A stretch of DNA of 60,000 bases from Malacoraja senta (GCA_038087875.1 CM075990.1:15502001-15562000); one strand, 5' to 3'. Counted from the first letter of the stretch, positions 14,361 through 26,970 are shown. Notes: generated by a model not told the origin, from the letters alone. Translations and numbers: made by a program.

Positions 14361-14740
14361 ATTGACTCTACCAGTCATCAGCACACATTTACACTGTCCA
14401 TTTAACCTGCTGACCCGCACATCTTTGAGACGTGGGAAGAAACTGGAGTGGCCCGGAAGAACCCCATGCAGTCACGATGAGAATATGCAAACTCCACACA
14501 GACAGCAGCCGAGGTCAGGATCGAACCCGGATCTCTGGTGCTGTGAGGCAGCGGCTCTAAAACTGAGTTGCTGAGTGTGCTAGCATTCTCTATTTTACTT
14601 CGGGTTTCCGACATCTGCAGTCTTTTGCTTTTGCACACACTGAGCCAATTTGCTCAGCCCAGCCTGGACACATTCTGGGACCTCATCCATTTGGCCCATC
14701 AGCACTCTCTTGGCAGTAATGTTCCATCCTTCATTCTTAC

Positions 14741-14822
14741 CTCATGATGTTTGAGGCATCTTCAGCGTCGGGGTCAGGGCAGTACTTGTTCGCCAGAATT
14801 AACAAGCGTCTGATGACTCTAT
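14741..14822 (-). CDS. KCNMA1: BK exon 12, 82 nt as assembled (83 needed to keep frame): IESSDAC[-1]LILANKYCPDPDAEDASNIM(R)
   Basis: Acceptor tttccatgtctcag|ATA, donor ATGAG|gtaaga. Frame 1 gives IESSDAC* and the shifted frame gives LILANKYCPDPDAEDASNIMR. One T is missing at 14801-14802. Confidence 0.93.
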
Positions 14823-15850
14823 CTGAGACATGGAAAGACATGAAAAGCCCATGAAAGTCATGGATCATTGCAACACACAAGCCCCCTACTGTAAACTGTC
14901 TTGCATCGGATTCAGCTGAACTGTGTTTAAACCTCAAAGTTGAACAATAATCCAAGTTCGACACAGAATCACAGTCACCACATCAAGTTTTGATCAGAAG
15001 GCAGAATAAAGGAAAATGCCAAATAGAATTACCCTGGTAAATGAAAATGTTCACTGGAACAAGTATCTGACCTCCTCCAGATTCCACTCATATCTGGAGA
15101 GAATATTGTGATTTTGCCGAATCCAAATCAACTGCGAAACAATAGACTCGCAACTGGTAAAGAGACGATAGGTTTGACACAAGGGAATAGGTGTGGGATG
15201 GGTAGGTGATGAGATAATAGACACAGTATACACGATGAGATGAAATTAAAAAGAAGGTAACAAGGAATTAGGCTTGGGCCACATAATGGGATGATGGTCC
15301 CAGGGCACTTAATGAAACAACGGGCATAGGTCACTACAGGCATGTGGGATGCAACATGACAACAGCATGGGGCATGTAACAGGACAACAGATGTGAGGCA
15401 CACAACAAAGCAATTGGCAGGGAAACATGTCGAGACAACAGATGTGAGACATGGAAAGGTACTAATAGACATTGGATACATACAGTAAAAAGGCAATGGT
15501 GTTCTTTAAGAAGTCATAGTCTTATAGAGTGGAAACAGGGCTCTTTGCCCAACTTGTCCACACTGGCCAACATGTCCCATCTACATGAGTCCCACCTGCT
15601 TGAGTTTGGCCCATATACATCTAAACCTGTCCTATCCAAGTACCTGTCTTTAACCGTTGCAATAGTACCTGCCTTAACTACCTCCACTGGCAGCTCATTC
15701 CATACACCCACCACCCTGGGAATCTGGACATCTCGTGTTGGAGGCATTATTCGAAGGGATCATAGCTTTCTTGAAATCTATTATTCATCTGCCACCTTCA
15801 TATCTTTGTAATGACTGGAGTCATTAACTTCCTTCATTTGTACATGCTAA

Positions 15851-16206
15851 AGGGCCTGTCCCACTGTACGAGGTAATTCAAGAGTTCTCCCGAGTTTTCC
15901 CCTGATTCGAACTTGGAGAATGTCCGTAGCGGGTCCATAGGAGTTTGTGGATGTATCGTAGCGGCTCGTACGAGTAACGGCAGGTACTCGAGAAATCCGG
16001 TAAACTCGTGACTTTTTTCAACACTGTGAAAAATGTCCCCGAGTTTAAAAAAACTCGTGATGAAAAAAATTGTTACTTTTTACTCGTACGAGCCGCTACG
16101 AGACATCCACGAACTCCCACGGACCCGCTACGGACATTCTCCGAACTCGAATCAGGGGAAAAATCGGGAGAACTCTTGAATTACCTCGTACAGTGGGACA
16201 GGCCCT
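15851..16206. mobile_element. PIF/Harbinger-like MITE with about 125-bp terminal inverted repeats
   Basis: agggcctgtcccactgtacgaggtaattcaagagttctcccga... and its reverse complement at the right end. Flanked by TAA/TTA. CpG-rich. Confidence 0.85.
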
Positions 16207-16897
16207 TTACTCTAAACTGATCAACAAATAACTGTATAGGTTGGTCAACTGCATGTTAGTGCACTGCATTGCCGGCCAATTGGGGTGGCTCCTGGAATGG
16301 TGGTCAGGATCTGAATGTAGCCGTTACACTGATCCAAAGTTATACACAATTAGATGGTAGGTTTGTGAGATATAACAAGACGATAGGTATGGGCCACATA
16401 ATGGGGACGAGGTGTGGGAAGATTGCAGGACACAAGTACTTTAACAGTATATAGTTCCACTGCAGCAAAAGCCTAGAGCAACAATATTTTTGTTGGCATT
16501 TGGTCAGAGTTTTTCCACGGACTTTTACAACTTTGCGTTGTGACTCGTGTCTAAGCAACTGAGTGAGGTAGGGACACAATGCAAGCTGCAAACTGCTACA
16601 ATCGCCGGTTCCCGTCTGCCTCGTGAAAACAATGAGCTTCAATTCTCAGACGCTGTAGGGAAAGCCGGGGCAGGTTTGGGGCTGGTGTGTAAAATTGCAA
16701 GGACAAGTTTGATATTCTTGCCATGGCTGGAATCAATATTGTCCTGTCCTGACCCAGTCATATGAGCAGCAAATAGTTGTGAGAGATTAAAAACATTATT
16801 TTATCTTACTGTATCTATCTATTTTAATCTTCCAATCTTCACATTCCTCTCTATTTCTCCTTCCAGTAGGAGAGAAAGTATTCTCACAGACAGAGAT

Positions 16898-17217
16898 TTA
16901 GTTTAGTTTAGTTTATGTTGGAAATACAGTACCGAAACAGGCCCTTCAACCCACTAAGAGCGTGCCGACCAGTGATCCCCGCACTCTAACACTATCCTAC
17001 ACACACTAGGGACAATTTACAATTTTACCAAAGCCAATAAACCTACAAACCAGCACGTCTGTGGAGTGTGGGAGGAAACCGGAGATCCTGGAGAAATGCC
17101 ACGCAGGTCACTGGGAGAACGTACAAACTCCATACAGACAGCAACCGGAGACAGGTTCGAACCCGGGTCTCTGGTGCTGTAAGGCAGTAACTCTACCGCT
17201 GCTCCACCCTGCCGCCC
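16898..17217 (-). mobile_element. HE1-type SINE; further copies at about 6693-6972, 9433-9740, 14370-14560, 18758-19015, 24575-25040, 36568-37020, 39106-39404, 43765-44015, 49245-49535 and 55765-56059 (all minus strand)
   Basis: (TTTAG)n tail, aaacaggccc, gtgggaggaaaccggag and tcgaacccgggtctctgg motifs. Confidence 0.82.
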
Positions 17218-17462
17218 CTCATAGAGCAGTAGTCCAGTCCAATAATCAGGCCATTATTATGGCCTCCGCACATCTCGGTGTGACACCTCTAGGTAGCTCT
17301 GCTGAATGGGAAGCCACTTTCCTCAGGTAGTAGCTTGACATGATGATCCAGTAGTCCTGGAGCCAAACTAACTTAAATTTCTCACCGACCCATATTAGTT
17401 ACGAAGTATTCAGTGGAGAGCCTCAAGACTTTCCCCTTAAGGTATCCAACACGTGCTATCTT

Positions 17463-17797
17463 GACATCATGAGAGGAATAGTTTGAGTAAACACACAGAG
17501 TCTCTTGCACAGAATAGGAGAATCGAGAACCAGAGGACATAGGTTCAAGGTGAGGGGAAAAGATTTAATAGGAACCTGAGGGGTAACTTTTTCACGCAAA
17601 GGGTGGTGGGTGCATGGAACGAGCTGCCGGAGGAGGTAGTTGAAGCAGGGACTATCGCAATATTTAAGAAACATTTAGACAGGTACATGGATAGGACAGG
17701 TTTAGATGGATATGGGCCAAATGCAGGCAGGTGGGACTAGTGTAGATGGGGCATGTTGGGCTAAAGGCCCTGTTTCCACGCTGTATGACTCTATGAC
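17463..17797 (+). mobile_element. CR1/HER1-type LINE 3' end; related minus-strand copies at about 15515-15718 and 26001-26512, and a plus-strand copy at about 56076-56310
   Basis: ttttcacgcaaagggtggtgggtgcatggaacgagctgcc (FFTQRVVGAWNELP) and a ctgtatgactctatgactc tail. Confidence 0.8.
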
Positions 17798-18033
17798 TCG
17801 ATCACTGAGTAATTGATCCTGGATAACATTTCACCACACCTTGTCTGCTTTCCTTGCAGTAAATGAGATGCAGCTTTCCAAACAAACCAAGGAGAAACCA
17901 GACCACTTCCACCCACAGCAACTGATAAATCAGCAACCAAGGGAGACTTGTCTGAGTTTATTCAAACTTGCTATCCTGGCTGGAAGACAAAACACATCAG
18001 AGCACAGAGTCAGAAAAAGGATACAGTCATTAC

Positions 18034-18139
18034 CTTGACTCTGGCGAGATCATGAGGATTTAGGACAGATCCTTGGAAAAATTCCACCTGAGTGAAATGT
18101 CTTTTAAAAAGAGCTTCGAGCTCAAGGTTAGGGGAAATG
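18034..18139 (-). CDS. KCNMA1: BK exon 11 (106 nt): (N)[35 protein letters not shown]
   Basis: Acceptor tctctctccag|C, donor AAG|gtaatg, phase 2-0. Confidence 0.97.
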
Positions 18140-19951
18140 CTGGAGAGAGATTAAAAAAAAAAAAGAATATGAGACATTTAGTAATTTCAAACACAATGCA
18201 AGATTTCAGACAAGAAGATTACAATGATATTGGCTTAGCACTAAATGACTTTTGATTTATATTGGTACACATGGGGCGCTGTGACACGAGGTCACGCACC
18301 TGATCTTTAGCCAGTTAAGCACAAACGCAAAGAGTGAAAAAAACCGTATCCACAAACAATGTCTCTTAAAGTCACCGCTTTGACCAAGCCTTTGTTTGTT
18401 TTTCTCTAATATCTCATCATCTGGCCAAGTGTCAAGTTTCTGTCTGGAAACACTTTGGGATGTTTCACTGCATTAAGGTTCTATAATAATGCAAGTCTCG
18501 GAGCAAGAGCAAAGCAACACTTTGAAAAGTTGCTGGAAGGCATATTTGAGCAGAAATACACCATGGGATCACATCAGCGTTTGAGAGAAGGCAGATGTCC
18601 ACGGCCCTTGGAGCACTGTTTGGTCCCAAGGCAAGGTGCACCTACAACTGCAGCCCGATGGAGCTTCTGCCACGCTGCTCCATGGGCAGAGGTTTGATCC
18701 GGACCCCCATGATGTCTGTGTGGAGTTTGCATGTTTTCCCTGTGAACACACAGGTTTCTTTAGAGATAAAGCAAGCAAACAGGCTCTTCAGCCGACCGAG
18801 TACACGCTGACCAGTGATCCCCCCCCCCCCCCCCCCATAGACTAGCACTATCCTACACACTAGAGACAAGTGTGGGAGGAAACCAGAGCACCCAAAGAAA
18901 ACCCACGGGGTCACAGGGAGAAAGTACAAACTCCATATAGACAGCACCCATAGTCAGGATCGGACCTGGGTCTCTGGCGCTGTAAGGCATCACCTCTACC
19001 GCTGTGCCACCATGCGGCCCTGTTTCCTTCGGGAGTTCCGCTTGCTGCCCACATCCCAAAGATGTGCAGGTTGGTTGGTTGGTTGGCCGCTGTGAATTGC
19101 CCCGGGTTTGCGGGTTTGCGGTCAAATCTGGGGGGAGTTGATAGGAATATGTTGAACATAGAATGTGATTCAACGAGGAGTAATGTAGATGGGTTAGCAT
19201 GCACGTGATGGGCCAATGGGGCTGTTTCTTTGCATAGAACGCAAAATGTTGGAGCAACTCAGCGGGTCAGGGCAGCGCCTCTGGAGGATATTAATAGTTG
19301 ATGTTCTGTGTTGGGATTGGTCTGTAGTCAATGCAGGTTATCTGTGTTAATAAAAAAAACTTCCTTAGAGTGGAGTGGATAGTTGATATTACAAGGTGCT
19401 GTTCCTCAGCTCCAGTGACCTGAGAATGATGCCATAAAAGTGTCCAGACTCCACTTACTCCACTATGACCATGTGGGTTCTCTGGGTGCTCCATTCCCTC
19501 TGCTTCCCAAAGTCGTGTGGGTTGGGAGGTCAATTGGATGCCCTAATATGTAGATGCGGGGAGTTGGTGGGAATGTGGGGAGAATAGGTTACTGGGAAAT
19601 TCAGTTGACAGTGGGATCAGCTCAGAGGCTGGATGGACCAAATGACTTTGTCGTAAGGAAATTTCGGTATAACTTGGGGATTCAGATCTCTATCCGTCAA
19701 AGTATGGAAGAATGTTCGATAAGTCTTGAGGAAAGTTTTTATTTCCAAGTTATTATCAGGGAATAAAAGAAAATTTCAAGCCTTGATTATGTCTCAAAAG
19801 TTGCTGATCAGAGCCAGTTTCATAGTTTCCTAAATGGAGTACGAGCTGCTTCCCCAACAGGAAGGATACCCAAACATTTGATGGGGCAAGCATGACTGGA
19901 AATAACCAGGGCCAGATTCCTGATTGAAGCAGTCCAGCTGTGATCCTGGGA

Positions 19952-20625
19952 CCTGTTTAAGAAGGAACTGCAGATGCTGGAAAATCGAAGGTAGACAAAA
20001 GTGCTGGAGAAACTCAGCGGGTGCAGCAGCATCTATGGAGCGAAGGAATTAGGCGACGTTTCGGGCCGAAACCCTTCTTCAGGCTGATGTAGGGTGGGGT
20101 GGGTGGGAAGGAGAAAGGAAGAGGAGGAGCCAGAGGGCTGAGGGAGAGCTGAGAAGGGGAAGAGACAATAAGGGTAGATCTACATCGGTGAGACCAAGCT
20201 TAGGCTTGGCGATCGTTTCGCCGAACACCTCTGCTCGGTCTGCAACAACCTACCTGATCTCCCGGTGGCTCAGCACTTCAACTCCCCCTCCCATTCCGAA
20301 TCCGACCTTCCTGTCCTGGGCCTCCTCCATGGCCAAAGTGAGCACCACCGGAAATTGGAGGCGCAGCACCTCATATTCCGCTTGGACAGTTTATACCCCA
20401 GCGGCATGAACATTGATGTCTCCAATTTCCGGTAGCCCTTATTGTCTCCTCCCCTTCTCAACTCTCCTCAGCCCTCTGGCTCCTCCTCTTCCTTTCTTCT
20501 TCCCACCCCCCCCCCCCCATCCTACTTCAGTCTGAGGAAGGGTTTCGGCCCGAAACGTTGCCTATTTCCTTCGCTCCATAGATGCTGCCGCACCCGCTGA
20601 GTTTCTCCAGCACTTTTGTCTACCT
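19952..20625 (+). mobile_element. 5'-truncated Penelope-like retroelement with inverted terminal repeats and a GIY-YIG endonuclease C-terminal fragment
   Basis: 20178-20435 translates without stops as IYIGETKLRLGDRFAEHLCSVCNNLPDLPVAQHFNSPSHSESDLPVLGLLHGQSEHHRKLEAQHLIFRLDSLYPSGMNIDVSNFR* (YIG..R..EH..E..GMN). About 19989-20176 is the reverse complement of about 20433-20625. Confidence 0.88.
20055..20082 (-). ncRNA. Minimal hammerhead ribozyme-like motif; an inverted partner copy lies at 20532-20559 (+)
   Basis: Minus strand CTGAAGA-A-GGGT-TTCG-GCCC-GAAAC-GTC. Plus-strand copy CTGAGGA-A-GGGT-TTCG-GCCC-GAAAC-GTT. Confidence 0.6.
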
Positions 20626-21049
20626 AACCAATCACAATGCCCAGTTCATAGCACCTCAGCTCCATGGAGAGTTCATGAGAATTCTCACTTCCCAAGACCA
20701 GAACTCACACATTCTTTTAGATTGTCTCACAGAAGTGCAGGGACAAAAGGGATATGAATCAGACAGATAGGTGAGGTGAGTTTAACTTGGCATCATGTTC
20801 CACACAATTATTGTGCCAAAGGTCCCGTTCCTGTACTGTACTCCTCTATGTTTCATGTTCCATGTTCCACATTCAGAAATTAGGGAGACATTCTAACAAT
20901 GAGGAGCAGTGAGGGAGATGCCATTCAGATATGTGACAAAGATTTCCATGGCCAAAGCCACACTTGGACCTTGGGGTTAGGCTGTCCGTCACCATGCAGA
21001 GGGGAGTGACCGCCGGGGTAATCTGGACTGTCCTGGCTCCGTGAGGCAG

Positions 21050-21471
21050 GTACATAGATACATAGAAAATAGGTGCAGGAGTAGGCCATTTGGCCCTTCG
21101 AGCCTGCACCGCCATTCAATATGATCATGGCTGATCATCCAACTCAGTATCCCGTACCTGCCTTCTCTCCATACCCCCTGATCCCTTTAGCCACAAGGGC
21201 CACATCTAACTCCCTCTTAAATATAGCCAATGAACTGGCCTCAACTACCCTCTGTGGCAGAGAGTTCCAGAGATTCACCACTCTCTGTGTGAAAAAGTGT
21301 TTCCTCATCTCGGTCTTAAAGGATTTCCCCCTTATCCTTAAGCTGTGACCCCTTGTCCTGGACTTCCCCAACATCGGGAACAATCTTCCTGCATCTAGCC
21401 TGTCCAACCCCATAAGAATTTTGTACGTTTCTATAAGATCCCCTCTCAATCTCCTAAATTCTAGCGAGTAC
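21050..21471 (-). mobile_element. Young CR1 LINE 3' fragment, near-identical inverted copy of 22867-23290
   Basis: ORF 21144..21623 gives YSLEFRRLRGDLIETYKILMGLDRLDAGRLFPMLGKSRTRGHSL, the same peptide as the plus-strand copy. Confidence 0.9.
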
Positions 21472-21929
21472 ATCACCCTTTCAACGGGGGATGCTAGGAG
21501 AGAAAGGGTAACACTGCATGGGGAGGATTTAGAGCAAAAGCTGGGTTTCAGACATTGTAATCTCAAAACACATTGCCGTTTGGAATCTAACCAAGACAGC
21601 ACCATCCAGTGGTTCCATGGCAAGCTGCAGAGATCGACAATTGTTTTTCAGCAATAGTGGAATTCAGCTATAGATCCTGGGTCAGGTTCTGAAAGGCTCG
21701 ATCAATGTACTGAGACCTTTCTAAAAATATAAAATAAAAGTTATTCCCTTCGTGAGCCTCAAGGGAAAAGGGCATATGCTGTGCCAGACTTTATACAATT
21801 TCAGGGTTCATAAGAAGCTTCCAGTGAGAAACTTAAAACACTGGATCTATTCCTTGTAATACTGTTCCACTTACTCGTCTGTCAGGAGTGGTTCTACTTG
21901 CTCCATGTTAGGAGTTACTTCCTAACTGT

Positions 21930-22199
21930 TTCTTCCCAGCTGTTATCAGGCAACTGAACCATCCTGCCAACAGGTGGCAGTTCTGAGCTACTATCTATTC
22001 ATTGAAGACCCTTAGACTATCTTTAATCGGACATTACTAGACTTTATCTTGCACTAAACGTTATTCCTTTTACCATTTACCCAGACACTGTGGACGGCTT
22101 CATTGTAATCATGTATAGACTTTCCACTGACTGGAGGGCACACAATAACAAAGCTTTTCACTGTACCACGAAACACATGACAATAAACTAATCTAAACT
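21930..22199 (+). mobile_element. Rex1/Babar-like LINE 3' end; another copy at about 59895-60000
   Basis: ttcttcccagctgttatcaggcaactgaac (FFPAVIRQLN), then cttttcactgtacc...catgacaataaacta. Confidence 0.6.
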
Positions 22200-22762
22200 G
22201 CGTGCTCCATGGCCAGGGCGATCCCGGGCATCGTATGGGATCACAAACCAAACTCGTCAATACAAATGTTTGGGAATAGAGAGCCTTTGTGTTGGATCTA
22301 TATGCTTTGAAATGAGATTTAAATTCTTTGGATATTAGGAGAAGAAGAGGTGATCTTATTGAAAACATAAAGATTCTTAGGTGGCGGGGAGAGTAGATGT
22401 TGAGAAGTGGGAGAATGTCAACTTGAAGCAGCATGGTTGCATGAGTTGAGGGGTGGTGGGATTGGTAGAGGGCAGTCGTTTCAAACTGAGGTGTGTCGGG
22501 ACATTTGCTCACAGAGGGTAATGGATGTCTGGAATTGTATACCTCATGGGATTGTGATGGATGTTATTGGAGGAATTAATAGAGGAGGATCTGAGTATCA
22601 TGGAGAACCGCATAGAAGAGGCTGGAGGATAGAGTGAATGTGGAGAGGATGTTTCCCCTAGTGGGAGAATCTAGGACCAGAGGTCACAGCCTCAGAATTA
22701 TAGGACATTCCTTTAGGAAGGAGATGAGGAGGAATTTCTTTAGTCAGAGGGTGGATAATCTG

Positions 22763-23292
22763 AGGAAGGACATTATAGCCATAGAGGGAGTGCAGAGAAG
22801 GTTCACCAGACTGATTCCTGGGATGTCAGGACTTTCATATGAAGAAAGACTGGATAGACTCGGCTTATACTCGCTAGAATTTAGGAGATTGAGAGGGGAT
22901 CTTATAGAAACGTACAAAATTCTTATGGGGTTGGACAGGCTAGATGCAGGAAGATTGTTCCCGATGTTGGGGAAGTCCAGGACAAGGGGTCACAGCTTAA
23001 GGATAAGGGGGAAATCCTTTAAGACCGAGATGAGGACAAACTTTTTCACACAGAGAGTGGTGAATCTCTGGAACTCTCTGCCACAGAGGGTAGTTGAGGC
23101 CAGTTCATTGGCTATATTTAAGAGGGAGTTAGATGTGGCCCTTGTGGCTAAGGGGATCAGGGGGTATGGAGAGAAGGCAGGTACGGGATACTGAGTTGGA
23201 TGATCAGCCATGATCATATTGAATGGCGGTGCAGGCTCGAAGGGCCGAATGGCCTACTCCTGCACCTATTTTCTATGTATCTATGTATCTAA
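22763..23292 (+). mobile_element. Young CR1 LINE 3' fragment nested inside an older CR1 (about 22626-23510)
   Basis: RT C-terminal peptide IEGVQRRFTRLIPG...LYSLEFRRLRGDLIETYKI...TRGHSL...FFTQRVVNLWNSLP, with a (CTATGTAT)n tail. aatctg is duplicated at 22757-22762 and 23293-23298. Confidence 0.9.
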
Positions 23293-23547
23293 AATCTGTG
23301 GAATTCATTGCCACAGAAGGCTGTGGAGGCCAAGTCAATGGATATCTTTAAGGCAGAAATAGATAGATTCTTGATTAGAACGGGTGTCTGGGGTTATGGG
23401 GAGAAGGCAGGAGAATGGGGTTGAGAGGGAGAGATAGATCAGCCATGATCGAATGGTGGGGTTGATGGGCTGAATGGCCTAATTCTGCTCCTATCACTTA
23501 TTAACTTATGAAGATGATGCTTTGGATTGGTCAATGTTGATCATGTT

Positions 23548-23995
23548 CTACGTTTGATCAACGTGGTCTACGTTTCTGGACCTATTACAAGCATGAGGTG
23601 CAATAGTAATTTAAAAAATAAATAAATAAATAAATGGTATCAGGACCTGGTAATGGGAGGTAAAACAACAAAAACAGACTTGGTTGGTAGTCCCCTCTCT
23701 GCAGAGTATAATGTCATAATAGAGCGATTGTTCCTACTTTCTTTTTCTTTCTTTTCTAGGGTCTACTTTCATACTTTACTTCCTTCTCTAACTTCTTTTC
23801 TAAGGGGCTTTCTTTTCCCAACACTCTCTTGCACTTCACGACTCTTGCGCACTTTCTTTACTTTCCTTACTTCTATCTTTTTCTTAAAGCTCAAAAAAAT
23901 GAAGCGGTACAAAAAATGTATTAAGATATATGTGTTGTGTATTACTGTAATTTACCGTACTTCTAATAAAAATAATTTAAAAAATTAAAAAAAAA
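23548..23995 (+). mobile_element. 5'-truncated L1-clade LINE 3' end, related to 27698-28366
   Basis: Shares acgtggtct...ttattaca, a T-rich UTR and gtacttctaataaa plus an A tail. Flanked by ttgatcatgtt at 23537-23547 and 23998-24008. Confidence 0.8.
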
Positions 23996-25375
23996 CTTTG
24001 ATCATGTTGAATGGTAAGCTGGAAGGACAAAGATTATCGTTCCTATTTTCTTATGTTACATCCATTTCAGGTGAAACACAATCCTATCCAATCCCCACCC
24101 TGTCACAGACACATTCCTCCTCCCAGGCTCACATTGGGCTGGCTTGTCCTCTTTGCAGCTTCTGTTGGTTTGAGGCCCAAGCATTGACTCAAGACTGTGG
24201 TCCTTCCCAATCAACAGGAGTTAGGACTGGAGTTAGGTGGGCGGAAGTGGAAACTTCCCGAGTTTTTCCGAGTTCAGTTCTAGCCACTGTGGAACTCTGA
24301 CTACCAAGGAGCCTGGAGAACCACCCAAAGAACATCCACACTTTGAGAAAAGTCAGCAGTTCCAGATGTTGCAGCTACAGAGCGAGCAAGATGCTTGGCT
24401 CTCCTGCCAAATGTGTAAATCCAGAAAGCAGAAGACTGCAACCGCAGGCAATAAATCAAATCATCGCTGCTATCAATAATGCAACTCATTGGCCTGGAAC
24501 TCAACTATGCAGCTTCATCTTTAAAATAAATTAAATTTGATTCAAAATATGTTTTATTCAAGAGTCAATGTAATAGAGTCAAATAGCATGGAGCAGGACA
24601 TTTGGCCCACCAAGCCCATGACAAACATCATCCACCTATTTACACCCATCCCATGCTAATCCCTTTGACCTCTCTTTAAATTCTCATCAACTCCCCCCCA
24701 GACTCGACATCTTACTGCACACTAGAGGCAACTTACAGTGGCCAAGTAACCTTACAACCCACGGGTGGAAGTAAATGGAACACTTGGAAAAAGCACACCA
24801 CGTCACAGCGAGTTCATGCAAACTCCACACAGACAACACCAGAGGTTGGGATTGAACCCATTTTAGCATCCACTCCCTACACACTGGGGACAATTTACAG
24901 AGGGCCAATTAACCAACAAACCCGCACATCTTTGGGACGTGGAAGAAAATCGGAGCACCTGAAGGAAACCCCCGTGGTCACAGGGGGAACGTGCGAACCC
25001 CACACAGACAACACTATCGAGCTCGGGTCCCTGTTGCATACTGCTCTTGCATTCAGGATACCTTCTCTCCTGTCTCCAATTACACAGATTCATACTTACA
25101 AAGATTTTTGAAGTATATCTCCTGGACTAGGAATAATCATGGAACATCTTAGTCAGAAGAAGCGGAGTACATTCAGCCCTCAAGTTTGCTCCACCATTCA
25201 CCAAGGTCATGGCTCATGAATCCATCTATCTGCCTTGTCCCCATATTCCTTTAAACCATTGATAAACAAACATCATTCCATCTCAGAATCAGTATTAACA
25301 ATGGGTCTGTTTCAGGGCGAATTCCAGTTTTCCGTGGACGTTGCTATTCAGATGTAGATTCAGAGTCGTTACTTA

Positions 25376-25513
<138 letters not shown>

Positions 25514-26020
25514 TTAACATTTGGTACCACAGCTAAGATCAAAAGTTATCCCAACATTTGTACGTTCTTGTTAAAGCACCCACTCCCAATGAAAGAAAAT
25601 GGTGTTCTGATAGAAGGTGATGAGTATCCGTGCAAGAAGAAGCAGCAGAAACAGCAGATTCCCAACATACAGAAGGATGTGAATGCAAATTCATCCCTTA
25701 ATTCAAATTCCAAGATCCCTAAAATGACATGTGAGCCACCCGCTCCCAACTGGTTTACAGAGTCGGGTTTCATTTTACTCATGAACAACCCAACACATTG
25801 TCCAGGGCAGGAAAAGGAAGCAAACTCCTCAACTCCACTCCAAATGCTGGACTGCAAGACTGAGACAGCTGGCAGAAGCAATCCTCAGCTTCCTGTGGCT
25901 GGAAATCAAAGCTCTTCCCTCTGTTATCCCATCAGCTACTGGGATAGCCAACCTTTAAAGTTCAAAGTCCATTAGGAAGTTTGAACATTTGCAGTTGTAG
26001 TCATGGAGTCATACAGCGTG

Positions 26021-26084
26021 GAAACTGACCCTTCAGCCAACTTGCCCACACCAGAAACTGACCCTTCAGCCAACTTGCCCACAC
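26021..26084. repeat. 31-bp direct duplication inside a CR1 tail
   Basis: gaaactgacccttcagccaacttgcccacac at 26021-26051 and 26054-26084. Confidence 0.9.
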
Positions 26085-26669
26085 ATGTCCCATCTATACC
26101 TGTCCCACCTGCCTGCCTTTAGCCCATATCCCGTTAAACCTGTTCTATCCATGTACCTGTCCAAATGTTTCTTAAACGTTACAATAGTACCTGCCTCAAC
26201 TATCTCCTCTGGCAGCTCATTCCATACACCAACCACCCCTTGTGTGAAAAAGTTAACCCTCATGTTTCTATTAAGTCTTTTCCCTTCACCGTAAACCTAC
26301 ACCCTCTGGTTCTCGATTCCCCTACTCTGGCCAAGAGATTGTGTGTCTACCCGATCCATCCCTCTCATGATTTTCCACACCTCATCCTCATGCACTCCAA
26401 GGAATAGAGTCTTAGCCTGCACAATCACTCCCAATAGCTTAGGTCCTCAAGTCCTGGCCACATCCTCATATATCTCCTCTGCACCCTTTCCAGCTTGACA
26501 ACATCTTTCCAATTTACGTAGATAATCTCTGATTCTGAAACTTGGCTCATTCATTCCAGATGCCCTCATGGAGGGAAATACCTGTTCAGCGTCCACCCTG
26601 TCCAGCCCCCTCTTATGTATGTAAGACTCTCCTTCTAAGCATCGGCAGTATCAGTTCAATCAAAGCAAA

Positions 26670-26970
26670 GGGAAACTCTGCTAATCTGGCACCCTTCGGA
26701 CTTTGGTGATGCCAGACAAGCAGATTTTCCAGACCTTCAGATTAATTAATACCCCAACACACTTTTAATTCATTTTTAAAAAAATGTATAATTAACTGTT
26801 CAGAGATCTCAGTGAGTTTAAGGGGAGCACAGGAAACAGTTACCTAATGAATTTAAAAGGAACATGGAAAAGGGGCCGTGGTGAGTTTGGAGGGAGAGTG
26901 GGAAGCGGGAAGAAAGAAGCCAAATAGGCATTTTGGAACAAGGTAATATCAGACTACGGGATTTTTACTG
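26670..26970. mobile_element. Old Tc1/mariner(Tigger)-like MITE; related left end at about 36406-36560
   Basis: tacagtaaaactcc...atctggcac...gattttccagac at 36405 matches 26672-26735, and the element ends in ttttactg. Confidence 0.45.

Noticed and set aside
1..14740. Next KCNMA1 exon ([23 protein letters not shown])
   Set aside because: Not found by eye. It probably lies left of the window or in the gap. The S4 exon was likewise not found in 52486-60000.
22634..23194. 186-aa ORF, the longest in the window
   Set aside because: It is a chimera of two nested CR1 3' fragments joined in frame by chance, not a host gene.
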